Source of the DNA: Schizochytrium sp. TIO01
Lineage: Eukaryota > Protista > Bigyra: Labyrinthulomycetes
Direction: 5' to 3'
Assembly (NCBI GenBank): GCA_004764695.1
Contig: SMSO01000014.1
Span: 1,173,648 to 1,237,647, forward strand
DNA length: 64,000 bases
Below are positions 12,400 through 23,846 of the stretch, piece after piece. Each line of letters opens with the position of its first letter. Positions within the stretch are counted from its first letter, which is position 1. Under the pieces are notes generated by a model. The model saw only the letters and a program-made list of their open reading frames with translations. It searched no databases and was not told the origin of the DNA. The position numbers and the translations under genes were made by a program.

Positions 12400-15300
12400 T
12401 CATCGCATGTTGGCCTTTGGCGCTACTAGTACTTTCGCCTCCTCGGTTGCCTGCATATCTTGGAGTTGCCTGAAGTGCCGTTGTTGTTCGAGAACCGCAG
12501 AGGCCTGAAGAGCGGCCATTGTCACATAAGAGTATACCTGCTCGAGAAGAGGAACAATACTATTAATAGCAACATGCACGCCCAATGAGTTAGACACCGC
12601 TGTCGAGAGTACTCCAATCACCTGGCCATGGTCATTAATGAGAGGACCACCCGAGCTTCCCTCGAGGTTGAAAAGTGCAGCATTGATCGATGTCCGATTA
12701 GGTGAAAAACCTTGTACGCTACCCTGGTCCATACAGATGGTCTCTGCAGCACCACGTGACAAAGGAAAACCCACCAGCGCGACCTTGTCACCAATATTCA
12801 CAAGATGAGAATTGGCTATTGGCAAATCAGCAGGCAATGGAAGGCCTTCGCTAATCGGGGGGCCGATACAAAAGTTAATTTTACTGCCCCAAACAGAGTT
12901 CTCAAGACCGGTACTATTGTAAACCTCACGAACCTGCCCGACAAGGCGAAGAACAAGAAGGTCCACAAAGTTAGTCCGAGGTCTATTGATAACGCGTGCG
13001 CCAGTGGCAAAACTTGGAGGCTGGCTTCTACTTTTTTGGTCTCCGGCAGCAACAATAGCAGCTTCGTACTGCCATATTGGTAGAGAATCTTGGCTGCTGA
13101 AAAGAGCAACAATGATGCGTTTTGTCGAATTTTGACCAAATGTGAATTTCCGCGCATTCGCACGAGGATCGGTTACTAGGTGGCAAGCAGTGACGATGAG
13201 ACCGCGGTGACGATCCATAACAAATCCACTGCAGGACTCCAGGAATCGTTGTCTTTGGTCACAGTAAACACCAATGCGTACAATGGTGCGCGCATCAAGA
13301 TACTCACCAGACTGAAGAGGAAGCAAATGCTGATCCGGGCGCGTAGAGAGGCTCAAACCATAATCACCCACTGTTCTAAGACTTGGTACCATGGGTCCAC
13401 GCGGTCCACCTTGGGAGGGAGAGCACAAAAGCGTGTGTGTTTGATTTGGTGGAGGGGTTGGAGGTGAGTGGACCTCAGGTTGGGTTTGAGATGCAAAACC
13501 CCTTCTCTGGGTTCGAGAAGCCTCCAAGGGAGGGAGAAGACTGCTGAATGACTGTTCTGATGACGATGGCATGGAAGGGGAGGGGGCATGTAGTGCAGGG
13601 CGGTTCAGATTGCAATGATCCTTGGATGCAAGGTCTCGTTTAATCTCCATTTGATCAGCAATCTGTGCTTCAGCAGACTCCGGAATATCATCCAACTCAG
13701 AGTCTTCAGCAGTACCATCTTCACCATCTTCTGCAGGATTCTCTTCGGCTAGTACTTCAGCTGGTGGAGGAAGGAGCCACATGAGAGGACACTCGTGGGA
13801 TGGAATGTGTCTTGACTCAGTATCACACATTGTACGACAAAGCTGCGCCGTCGGCTTTCGCCGCGGGCGCGATCCTGCTGTCTGGCCCGAAGCCACACTA
13901 ACTGGCGCGTTTCGCGCGTGCAAATCTGCGAAATAGTCTCGCCAATTTTGCTCAAATAGATCAACCTGGCGCTCTTGTTTTTCCTCTACATCACGAATGT
14001 GAAAGGCGTGCGCACCACTGAAATCTTCGTCCTCCCGGAGATGCGCCAAGCAAACCGGGCAACGTACGAGATAGAACCAAGTGATACCCATATATTCATA
14101 AATAAGTATATCTTCGATTGTATCTTGCAGCATCTCAACCTTATCCCACATTTCGTGTAGTGCAGCACGAGGGGAACCCCATGCGCAAATATCTAAAACA
14201 GAACGTTCAGAGTCAAAAGATGGTTCGCCATCCTCGTACTCACGAGCAGCCGAGGAAGAGAAAATACGTTCTTGCTGCTGGCGAATAAGAAGTTTGATTG
14301 ACCCTTGCGAATCCAGGAGCCGAATTAAGCTTGCATCTTTCCATGTCCGAATCTCTGCTGTTGTTTGAGGAAACTGCTTGGAGACACGAGTCAATATCTT
14401 CTCCATCAGGCCGGGAGGTTTAAACCGCGGAAAAACAAAGCTTCTGCCTATCTGAATAGCGGTTTCGCATTTAGGATCAAGTTTTGGCCACCGAGACTTG
14501 ATGTCGAACAGTTTAGTGATCAAACATGGAATGATCCACTGCCGTTCATTTGTCGATGAAAGAGCGAGTGGACTACACACATCAAACTGCTCAAGAATGT
14601 GGAGTAGCCCTTCAAAGATCGCTTCGTCTTTGGATTGTTGTTGTTTGCTTCGACCCTTTGCAAATAACTCATGCCAGAGACACTTGAGAAGCTGTTCCGA
14701 TAAGATTCCCTTGTCCTTCAGTTTTTTCACATCGCTAAACATACTACTGTCCTGGCCCATGGAGACCCGACCTCGTCCCAGTCGACGTATGTTGCTATTC
14801 GAACTTGTGCTGCTCCGACTGCTCCCTGTACTTGATTGGCGAGATAAAGGCAGCCCATTGTTTGCTGATGCCCCATTACCTTCCATACGCATCCGTGCAA
14901 CCCGACGTGCAGCTACTGATTTTTGCTGTTTCGAGTTCGAGGATGTTCGTCTCAATAATTGGTCGATCACATCATGGTCTACTATACGCTTGATGCAATC
15001 AACAATGTAGTTGGGGTCTAACACCACCATGTCCACACTACGGTTCACAACAATGTGCCCAATATCCTTAAGAAAATCAACACATTGTCCTATATCTGCA
15101 GACTCAACGGGCTCCATACCTAGCGCCTCGGCGCCTGCAGCTACAGCGGTTTCGAGTTCAGCCCACGAACAAACAGGGCGCATGCGTCTGTCCCTTTGGA
15201 GTTGCTGGATTGCATCTTCCACCACACTCCAAGTTTGCGGGATACAGGCCAATGAACCAACATGAGGGAACAGATTTGAGTCACGTACGATTTGCAATAG

Positions 15301-18300
15301 ACGAGCGCGTAACTTATCAAAGCCTGCACCACTACGAGCTGAGACATCAATTATACCATCGAGGACACGTGGGCGCTGCCGAAGAAGAATTCGGGGTCGC
15401 ATCTCATGATATTCCTCTAGACCAGATTCATCTTGCACTTCCTCCTGAGATGGGCCAACGCCTGGTTGAAAAGCTGTTGTTCCTTGTGATTGAGCATCAA
15501 AACTCACATTGGGCACACCATAAACCTGCCGTCGAAGACGAGTAGAAGAAGTTTTTGCAGAAACAACACTCATGGTTGAGGCTATGTCTCCCATATCGTT
15601 CATTGATTCTTCAAGTTCCTCTTCCCTTACCATGTCAGCTAAATCTCGTTTGCGCCAGGTTTCATGTTGATTAAGACGAGCTAAAAGTTCTTTCTTCCGC
15701 TGTTCCAAAATCTCAGGGCTCACCGAATCCGCCTTTGAGGCAATAATCTGAATGACTGCTCCAGGCACGCGTGCTTGAACAGAATACACCCAAAAACATA
15801 CTGTCATATCGAGCTCAGCTTCAGTATGCTTACTCACATCCCACACAAGAAGATAGAGCGTACGTCGAGAAAGAAAGATCTGGTGTGTTCGATAGTACAC
15901 ATGTTGGCCTGCAAAATCCCACATTGTCAGTGTCTCGACCTTATCGTTGCTGTCTCGAAGTTGACACGTATGAATATCCACTCCAAATGTGCGATCTTCT
16001 TGCACACTGGTCTCACTGCAACCAGAAATCAGAGTGCGAATAAGTGATGATTTTCCAGCAGCGGAATTGCCGAGAACTACGACCTTGAAGTTCCTTCGCT
16101 TTTTAGGTGGTGGAATTGGAACAATGTTTTCTGAAGTCGTTGTGGGGCGCTGGGCAGACGAAAGAGGCTGTGGAGGTGGATGTGCTGAGAGGCCGGGAGT
16201 ACTGGCATCTTCCAGCTGTGAAGTATCTAGAAGTCCACTAAGCCCACCAGAAACTAGTGGCTTAAAATCATTTGACTTCCTATTTGGAGCAATAGCAGAA
16301 GAGTTACCTGATGACTTGCTCTTGTCTTCGAGTGAAGGTTTTCCTGGATTTTTCTCCGGGCTATTGTATTGAGATGTTTCCATGCTTCCATTTGCATCAC
16401 CTTCCGCATTTGCAACGACTCGAGAAGCTAACCCAATTTCTGCGCGAGTCGATTCGAACGAGCGCATGGAGTTTGAACGACCGAAAACACTAGGAAAACC
16501 TGAGTGGCTTGCACTTTCTTCGAAATCACTTTCGTCAATTCCTGAAATCAAACCAATCCCACGATTTTGGCTCAATGAGCCACCAGAGTTTGCACGACTG
16601 CGCCCTCCGGAAGCTTCCTCGGTATTACGAAAGTTGTCCTTGCTAAGGCTTTGGAAAAACTTGCGAACAGCAGTAGGTCCTTTCGAGACAACGCTCATTG
16701 GTGGCACTTGAAGGAGAAGATTGCCGCTCGCGCGGAGGACACGAAGGTTATCCATAAATTTGAAACACTCGGGAAGCGCCGAAAGCTGATTTGTGTGCAC
16801 GCTTAATTGCTCAATTTTCAAAATTGCCTCGCAAAAACGCACATCTAGTGTTCCCTGAAGGTTGTTCATGCCAATATCGAGGAATTTCAGAGTCCGTCCA
16901 AGTGAACCAAACAGCGCAGTAACAAATTTCTCAGAGTCTTGTTCAGGGACGAGACGCTCCAAGTCATTATCCCGCAAATCAAGATACTCCAGTGCGGGAA
17001 GTGTGACAAATGCTCTCGGGAACTCGCGAATGTGGTTATGGCTTGCAGATAAGAGTGTCAAGGATCTTAAGGTAGACATATTAGCTGGAAAGCTGGTTTC
17101 TGTGAGCTGGTTGTAATCGATGTGCAACTCTGTGAGATTGGCAAGGGTAAGAATGTGGCTTGGGAATTTTCGAATGAGGTTGCGATCGAGGTCAAGAATC
17201 CCGATTCGATTGCTGGCAACCTTGTCACGTGCCAGATTTCGTAGTGCCGGGACCCTGGTCAGCCCACGCTTACGCAGGCTCAGCTCAATTGAAACCAGAG
17301 TAGGGCTATCTCGGCATTCGCGAATAAATCGCTTCACTTCTCTACGTGTGAGGCGAATTTGTTGCTCATTGGCTTGTACAGTAGCTCCTTTGGACAACTT
17401 TGATGCATGTTTGATTCGCAACAGGTGTTTTTGAGCAGAAATCAGGGCACTTGCATCTCCTGAAAGATCAATCTGCCCGAGACGTGTAGAGTCAGGTCCA
17501 GATCCAAGACTTCCAAAAACCGTCTCCGAAGATAGCTGAAGACCTGATGCCTCGTGTGCGCCTTCACAAAGGGGCTCGCCAGACATAGGCTGTCCACCTC
17601 TGTTGTTTTTTGCGTGGGAACGTTGGAAAGTTGAACTTAAAATTTTCTGTTTCGGGGGAGATGCGTCATCTAGTGCATCATAGGATGCATCGTGCACATC
17701 AAAAAATCCAGTTTCGTCTTCGTCAAGGTCCTCATTATCTCCGTCTTCGCCATCACTATTTTCACTGTTCTCGCTTGCCTCGTTTTCGCTAGTCTCAAAT
17801 CCCATCTGGAGGTTACTTCCACCATTGACTTTCATGAAGAGTGAATTGTGCTCCCTTCCGCGGTCACTGCTGCCAGAATCTTCATTTGCTTCTGGAATTT
17901 TGCACAAGTCATTGCGTTCGTCTGAAGAAACAGATGAAAATGAAAAGTCATCTTCATCTCTGTCAGAGTCGTCCTTGTTATCGCTTTCACCATAATCGCC
18001 TTCTGTAAAGAACGCCCCTTCCGCAGAGAGAGTCCGTCGAATTGAAGGAGCATGGTTGGTGCGCCTGGACATACTCCCATCCAGAATATTTTTTTTGCCC
18101 TTAATGAGACCAGAATTCCCTCCTTGTTGCAAGCCCTTTAACGATTCGGAAGGGGAGCCCTGATCGCGTAGTAAGGTTTGAATATTCGGCGACGAGGTCG
18201 CCGTAGTCTTAAGCTCCGATGGAGCCGCCATGGTCCCATCAGCATAAGGCCAGTACCCAGATGGCGCATCTTTAAGCAGAAGATTGTGAGTACTACTTGG

Positions 18301-18579
18301 ATTTGTGAGAGCCGCCGTTGCTGGCGAAATTGAGCCGTTTGGCATTGCGCGTGGGTTACGGCGACTCCTGGTCCAGCGTCTACCATGCGTCTTTGAACGC
18401 GAACCTCCTGAAACATAGCCTTCATTCCTATCGGGGCGTTCCACAGCATTCGAGTTAGGTTCCTCCCGCACTCGTCTGGAGGATTTGCTACGTCTGCCAG
18501 ATTTTGTTCGCCGCAGCATGCGCTCCTCCAGGTCGCCGCCATGGTCGTACTCATAGAGTTCCTTTGCCTTCCCGCTCAT
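12400..18579 (-). CDS. Roco protein (LRR-Roc-COR) with C-terminal trypsin-like serine protease domain
   Basis: First ATG at 18579 (ORF track opens at TTG 18600; an upstream exon is possible). LRRs at about 17300-16700. Roc GTPase motifs GNSAAGKS, RTFGVD, WDFAGQ, SKAD, VSARSG. COR motifs VVLDPNYIV, WIIPCL, PPGLMEKIL, RCPVC. Protease motifs TACHL, VDLLVL, EGSSGGPL. Confidence 0.92.
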   Translation of the reverse strand: MSGKAKELYEYDHGGDLEERMLRRTKSGRRSKSSRRVREEPNSNAVERPDRNEGYVSGGSRSKTHGRRWTRSRRNPRAMPNGSISPATAALTNPSSTHNLLLKDAPSGYWPYADGTMAAPSELKTTATSSPNIQTLLRDQGSPSESLKGLQQGGNSGLIKGKKNILDGSMSRRTNHAPSIRRTLSAEGAFFTEGDYGESDNKDDSDRDEDDFSFSSVSSDERNDLCKIPEANEDSGSSDRGREHNSLFMKVNGGSNLQMGFETSENEASENSENSDGEDGDNEDLDEDETGFFDVHDASYDALDDASPPKQKILSSTFQRSHAKNNRGGQPMSGEPLCEGAHEASGLQLSSETVFGSLGSGPDSTRLGQIDLSGDASALISAQKHLLRIKHASKLSKGATVQANEQQIRLTRREVKRFIRECRDSPTLVSIELSLRKRGLTRVPALRNLARDKVASNRIGILDLDRNLIRKFPSHILTLANLTELHIDYNQLTETSFPANMSTLRSLTLLSASHNHIREFPRAFVTLPALEYLDLRDNDLERLVPEQDSEKFVTALFGSLGRTLKFLDIGMNNLQGTLDVRFCEAILKIEQLSVHTNQLSALPECFKFMDNLRVLRASGNLLLQVPPMSVVSKGPTAVRKFFQSLSKDNFRNTEEASGGRSRANSGGSLSQNRGIGLISGIDESDFEESASHSGFPSVFGRSNSMRSFESTRAEIGLASRVVANAEGDANGSMETSQYNSPEKNPGKPSLEDKSKSSGNSSAIAPNRKSNDFKPLVSGGLSGLLDTSQLEDASTPGLSAHPPPQPLSSAQRPTTTSENIVPIPPPKKRRNFKVVVLGNSAAGKSSLIRTLISGCSETSVQEDRTFGVDIHTCQLRDSNDKVETLTMWDFAGQHVYYRTHQIFLSRRTLYLLVWDVSKHTEAELDMTVCFWVYSVQARVPGAVIQIIASKADSVSPEILEQRKKELLARLNQHETWRKRDLADMVREEELEESMNDMGDIASTMSVVSAKTSSTRLRRQVYGVPNVSFDAQSQGTTAFQPGVGPSQEEVQDESGLEEYHEMRPRILLRQRPRVLDGIIDVSARSGAGFDKLRARLLQIVRDSNLFPHVGSLACIPQTWSVVEDAIQQLQRDRRMRPVCSWAELETAVAAGAEALGMEPVESADIGQCVDFLKDIGHIVVNRSVDMVVLDPNYIVDCIKRIVDHDVIDQLLRRTSSNSKQQKSVAARRVARMRMEGNGASANNGLPLSRQSSTGSSRSSTSSNSNIRRLGRGRVSMGQDSSMFSDVKKLKDKGILSEQLLKCLWHELFAKGRSKQQQSKDEAIFEGLLHILEQFDVCSPLALSSTNERQWIIPCLITKLFDIKSRWPKLDPKCETAIQIGRSFVFPRFKPPGLMEKILTRVSKQFPQTTAEIRTWKDASLIRLLDSQGSIKLLIRQQQERIFSSSAAREYEDGEPSFDSERSVLDICAWGSPRAALHEMWDKVEMLQDTIEDILIYEYMGITWFYLVRCPVCLAHLREDEDFSGAHAFHIRDVEEKQERQVDLFEQNWRDYFADLHARNAPVSVASGQTAGSRPRRKPTAQLCRTMCDTESRHIPSHECPLMWLLPPPAEVLAEENPAEDGEDGTAEDSELDDIPESAEAQIADQMEIKRDLASKDHCNLNRPALHAPSPSMPSSSEQSFSSLLPPLEASRTQRRGFASQTQPEVHSPPTPPPNQTHTLLCSPSQGGPRGPMVPSLRTVGDYGLSLSTRPDQHLLPLQSGEYLDARTIVRIGVYCDQRQRFLESCSGFVMDRHRGLIVTACHLVTDPRANARKFTFGQNSTKRIIVALFSSQDSLPIWQYEAAIVAAGDQKSRSQPPSFATGARVINRPRTNFVDLLVLRLVGQVREVYNSTGLENSVWGSKINFCIGPPISEGLPLPADLPIANSHLVNIGDKVALVGFPLSRGAAETICMDQGSVQGFSPNRTSINAALFNLEGSSGGPLINDHGQVIGVLSTAVSNSLGVHVAINSIVPLLEQVYSYVTMAALQASAVLEQQRHFRQLQDMQATEEAKVLVAPKANMR

Positions 18580-20256
18580 CAGAGCACCATGTGTATCCAA
18601 ATATCCGTGGCCACCTTCGGTGCTCCTGCAAAGTCTCGCTTGCTAGCAACAATTTACACCGAGAAAATTAATCAACGAAAAAACAACAAACTTGACCCAG
18701 CAGTAAGACACGAACCTGTGATGCAACAAACTGGAGATCGATGTGTCCTTTATAGTCTTAGACTTTTCGAGATTTCCAAAGTGGCTTGGATCCCAAGAAT
18801 TCACAAGAAAAATCAAAACAACCTCGGCCTCTGAAAAATATCGAGACGTTCCGAACCAGAGCAACGGTCTCGCTTCTGCTTGTAATCTTTATTGCTCGAA
18901 GGTTGGTTTGTACGAAGCCCTGAGAGTGGGAGATATTTTAAAAACTAGGCAAGCGGAAAATACAAGGAAGGAGGCAGGTGTGAACGAGCGAAATGATTGG
19001 TCAAAGAAACCAGCAGGCGCGGAATCAAACTTCGCGAACTCCTCTACAGTGAGGCCCTCCGCTCCAGATTTCGCCGCACAGTCCGCTCAGAAGAAGAGGA
19101 AGTTCTTCCAAGGCAACCCTACGCCTACGCCTGACTGATCCTCGCTCCGTTGCTCTGCGTCGAGCCTTCGAAGGGGATTGAAGGACTCTTCGACTGCGCG
19201 AACGATCGCTCTCTTTCTCTCCTTTTTTAATTTTCAAAGCCATATATGAGGCGTTTACACATAGTTACTTAGTAGGTGCCAAAGTCTAAATCAACGAAAT
19301 TTCCAACATAAAATCAAATGAAAACTCCAACGAAAATGTAGGAAGCCCCTGATCTCGAATACCTTCTTTTTTGCGTTGCCTACGAGGGTTTTGAGGATTC
19401 CTTATGTGTGTAGGGATTATTCAATATTTAGAAGGGGTGTGTAGGAGCTGACGATTGTGGATTGTTCGTCATTTCTTGCTAAGAAGAAAGCCACCAGAAC
19501 GGGCTTCTTGGCAAAGTAATGCTGAGAATCATTACAACCAATCATGATAGTAACTACCTATAGCGATACACATCTGGCCAGCAATACGAAAAGTCCATCC
19601 AGAAATGGTTGTGGCTCTGCATTCATGCAAAACACATCCTGAATAACTTCAAGTGGTTACGGATAGACTTTCTTTTATTGTAGGAAAGGAGCACCTCCTG
19701 ATGAGACTAGCAGTTTCCAATACTTTGACGATGAAATGTTTCAAAGAGCTAGCATCTTTCTTAACTTTCTTCATGAGAATTATTGCTGTTCTTTATAAAT
19801 TATTGACAAGGCAATATATGCGATTTGTTCAATGAGATCTGCCATGTAGGACATTTCATGTGCTCGTTTCATAAGAACTGCTGAGGTACCTAGGTACTTG
19901 CATAATGGGTAAAAGTTGGCGGAAAAGTATAATGTGATGAAGTTGAGCTTTTATCTGGTGTAGATGAAGCTACTGCGGAAGTTGTATGTGATGTGATTTA
20001 CTGTGACAATGATATGTTTATAAATATACCGAGTGGTCTTTGCGAAGAATGTGTCAAGGTATGATGTCGGAGCCGATTAGCACCAGCTGTGTTGTGGGTT
20101 GTGCTTATGTAATGCTGGAATTTCCATACATGAGCTAAACCGGTGTGATGAAAACGACTGGTAAATATGTGTGTTTAAAGAATTTGTGGGAGTTTTTTTT
20201 AATGGTGGGCGAGATACGACTTATTTGCCATACTTCCTTAATTCTTGAAGTGAGAA

Positions 20257-20337
20257 TGTCTTGTTCTGTAAGAGTACATTTTGCGCTAGGGTTAACTGTC
20301 TTGTTCTGTAAGAGTATATTTTTGCGCTAGGGTTAAC
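20257..20337. repeat. Tandem duplication of a 40/41-bp unit
   Basis: TGTCTTGTTCTGTAAGAGTACATTTTGCGCTAGGGTTAAC (20257-20296) is followed directly by TGTCTTGTTCTGTAAGAGTATATTTTTGCGCTAGGGTTAAC (20297-20337): one substitution and one extra T. Confidence 0.95.
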
Positions 20338-22720
20338 TTCCTTTGCAAGCATTACTACGACCGAGGTTTCAAAAAGTAAATCAGGTGATCATTGAAGTGC
20401 GACGTATCACTTGTACAAATTAAGACATTGAGCAGCTTCTTCATAGTTTCCTAAACCTAGATTTTGAGGAAGAAGATGATCTTATTTTTTCCGATTGATC
20501 TCACCACGTTGCGCATGCGTACGTATTTAAAAATATCACAATCTAAAGTTGAAAGACAAGTCGTGGAAATGACTGCAAAGCTTTTGCACAATTAACACAC
20601 AAGTCGAAAGTATTGTATGTTTGAGAAGGTGCTTGGGCGCACAGTAAATATAAGGAATCTACAGTTCAAATGCGAATTCAATAGAATATCTCTCCACGCC
20701 ACTAACAGTGTGTCTGAACCGGAAGTAATTGAGTTGAACGATAAATTAAAGAAATCGATGCTGATAAATCTCACAAAGACTCTCGTTTTGAAGGTACTAG
20801 GATGGAGAGTAATAAAATGATGGAAGATGTCGAGAATTTGTGCATAGAGTAGAACGAAAGGCATCTGAAGAGTAGAAATTATCTAAAGGAAATGCAATGA
20901 TTCAAATTTTTAGCATCACTTTGTACATGTTTTATATTGTTTAACGAATACCTGGAGTCACTGTCAAGAAAAATTAGGAACATTAGAAGTTTTGACTTTT
21001 GTGTTATCCGTCTCTAGATAGAGTAAAGAAAAGTGTAGCCAAGGGGCAAGTTGGGTGTACTAAGCCAAAGAAAGTCCCAGGTTGCTTGGTCATCTAGTTA
21101 CTCTTTCTTCGGTTCAAGTATGTTCTTCGAAGTAAAGCAGCAATCAGAAGTAGTGAGAATTATACTGCTAGGCAAAGTTTTTGAAACGTCTTTATGAGTT
21201 CTGTGGTTAAAACTAACTTTTACTTATTTATTTCACTCCGCTTGATCAACAACTATTCTACAGTGTTTTGTGACTGTGAGTTTTCTAAATCTTTTGCTTA
21301 GAAAAAAGCTTTAACATAAAGAAATTCTCGATAACTCCGACGTCGGCAGGTCACAAATATATGTGCCTGAGCTTTTCCTTCATCTTGTAGAATATATTAA
21401 GTCAACCACGACGATAGACATCCTTTCTTTAGCGTTACGCGCTGTTATGTTTTGTTGTTACGAAAAATGTAATTTTGCTTTGCAAACTAATATAAAAAGT
21501 AGCTGAGTTTAAGAAAGTATATGCAATCCAGGCAAAATTCGAAGCAAGTGCTATGCGTGCCTATGACACGTCCCTTTGAATCTGATAGGCTTTCGCTACG
21601 CATGTAATGCTTTTGAACGTTCGCATATTGCCGTTTATCTTTTTACCGCTCCCAGGTACCCCTAAAATGTGTTGATGATTCAACTTTCCCCGAGATTTTG
21701 GTAAAAGAGAGCATTTTGTAGTTACTTCAAGTTACAGATTAGCACACAGCGTGCATGCATTGGGAAAAGTGGAGCTTGAAGAAAATGAGGAATTTAATTT
21801 CCGGTTTCTCATGTATCTGTGTGAAAAACCTTAATAATATTGGACCTTCAGTGTATTATCCTTACGATGATCTCAAACTAAAACGATATTTCATTTTCTC
21901 CACTAAACCATAGTTGTAATTTATTCTATTTAAAATTTTAATAAAAAAAAGCGAAAAAAATAAAAAATACTTCGATGTCCTCAGGTTGCAAAAACCTTTG
22001 GCGTCGTTTTATTTTATTTCAATCCTAAGAAAGAATGGTATTTGTGGGCAATATTTCAGGTCTCGATAGGATAGGTTGCGGCTTGCGACGAGCGTATTCT
22101 TCATCTTCAAATCATCAAATCAAAAGTAGTACGTATATAGGTAACTAGAGGTATTAGCGGTAGTATGCGATTTTTCTAAATCTTTTTCGTTTCCTTTCTT
22201 TTGATTAAATACTTAGGAGCTCCGCCTCTGCTAGGTTTAAAACTACGACCTCTCTATCTTTCAGAATGGACTAAGGATATATATAGTTTACAGTAATAAT
22301 TGCTTCCTGTACTATCTAAGGACTTATGGGTGGACGCGCCAGAAAATCATTAATAATAGCATAAGTACCTATGCACACAATTGATGTAAGAAAGCCTGTG
22401 GGAAACAAAACCAGCGATCAGTAAAGACAAGGAGCCTCCAAGAAGCGAAACGAGACACCAACGTTCTTGCTCGGGATGTTAGGATGCCTTTTGTTTACTG
22501 TAATAAGGCGCACATGTTAGTATCTAAAAAATTTAAGTAAGAAGCCTAAAATTTGTTATTCCTATTCTTATGTTAACGTATATTATAAGCTTTAAAAAAA
22601 AGGGGGGGGGAAGGTTATAGATAGTGTGATTGGTAGCATTGCTATTATGGAGAGTTTTTCTCTGTTCTAATTTTTTTTTTTTAATAATTAAAAAAAATAG
22701 AGAGACCAAGCAGACAACTG

Positions 22721-23143
22721 TCAAAAGAAAGAAAAAGAGCAACGGTTTGTTTTGTTTGCTTGCTTGCTTGCTTTCGCAGAGCGAGCCTGAACGGGTGAGA
22801 AGAAGCCCAGAACGCGAGACAAAGCTGATTCTATGACGCAATTTAAGATTATATGGTATTCAGTAATGGCCTTTCCAACTTCACGAAGTTCGTCAGCACA
22901 CGCCATCGTAGTTGACGATCATCTCAGCTCGTTTTCAGTCTTGAGAATTGGTTTGTCCTCGATGCTATTCTTTCAGCACTCTTCCAGCAGAAATGCCACA
23001 CGCAAGTATCAAAAGCACTTCATGCACCTCGGAGCCCGCAACCAGGGTTTAACTTCGTCTGAGTTGTCGTCCGTGGCCAAGTTTGACAACTCCGTCAAGA
23101 GCTCCATGGATGACTTTGTGGGTGACGAATCTGAACGAAGTGC
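22721..23143 (-). pseudogene. Coding-like frame interrupted by three in-frame TGA codons (probable gene relic)
   Basis: Frame reads ALRSDSSPTKSSMELLTELSNLATDDNSDEVKPWLRAPRCMKCF*YLRVAFLLEEC*KNSIEDKPILKTENELR*SSTTMACADELREVGKAITEYH... It is GC-richer than its flanks and is preceded by an intron-like pyrimidine tract with CTAAT..AAAG. Confidence 0.45.
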
Positions 23144-23769
23144 CTTTTATACAAATAAATTTATTAGTTTAAACTAGAAGAAGAAAACTCATCATGCAAA
23201 AAAAGAAAAGAAAAATAAAAGAAATTGGTAAAGTAGTAAGGCAGGTAAATCGAAAGAATGTGAATAAATGCTGGTCGCTCTTTTGGAGTATGCTTTGAGC
23301 TGGGGCTCTCTTCAAGACATGTGGCAGCCAATCTTGGTTCTCAAACATCTCACCCAAGCATGAGGACCTTGAGTCGCTGCCCAGAGCTGTGGCTCAAGTT
23401 GTTCTGCCGCTGATGAATCAATCGAAGAATCGACCATCCCATTCTTGCCTTCAATCATGATGCTCAATTCTTTTCACTTTCTGTGAAGGTACATCTTTAT
23501 GCATGCATGCCTACCATCTAGATAGCGCATGCTAGCACTGCCTCTATCAGTGGTATAGTACGCCGGTGCTAGTGTTATGCTTAGGCACCTACGTCCATCC
23601 ACATTGGTATCCTCCCTCTCCTAGGGCTGTTCTAGTGGTTTCGGGTAGCTATGCTCTTTCGTTTACAGTTGAAGGAGAACATAAGAAATGAAAGAAAATT
23701 TAAAAGCGTCTAGCTAGGTAAGTAGGTAATGGTTACTCTACCTCGAAGAGAAAGAGCGAAAGATTGAGT

Positions 23770-23846
23770 GAAAGAATGACAGAATGAAAGAATGAAAGAA
23801 TGAAAGAATGAAAGAATGAAAGAATGAAGGAATGAAGGAATGAAAG
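23770..23846 (+). repeat. (GAATGAAA)n octamer tandem repeat
   Basis: About 9 copies of GAATGAAA, with GAATGACA and GAATGAAG variants, about 450 bp upstream of the helicase start. Confidence 0.92.

Noticed and set aside
19025-19243. 72-aa minus-strand ORF as an upstream exon of the Roco gene (possible acceptor TTTGCAG at 18626)
   Set aside because: I found no convincing donor that joins in frame. It may be 5'UTR and needs transcript data.
20257-20337. 40-bp direct repeat as a CRISPR or telomeric remnant (contains CTAGGGTTA)
   Set aside because: There are two abutting copies with no spacer and no tandem TTAGGG, so it is a simple local duplication.
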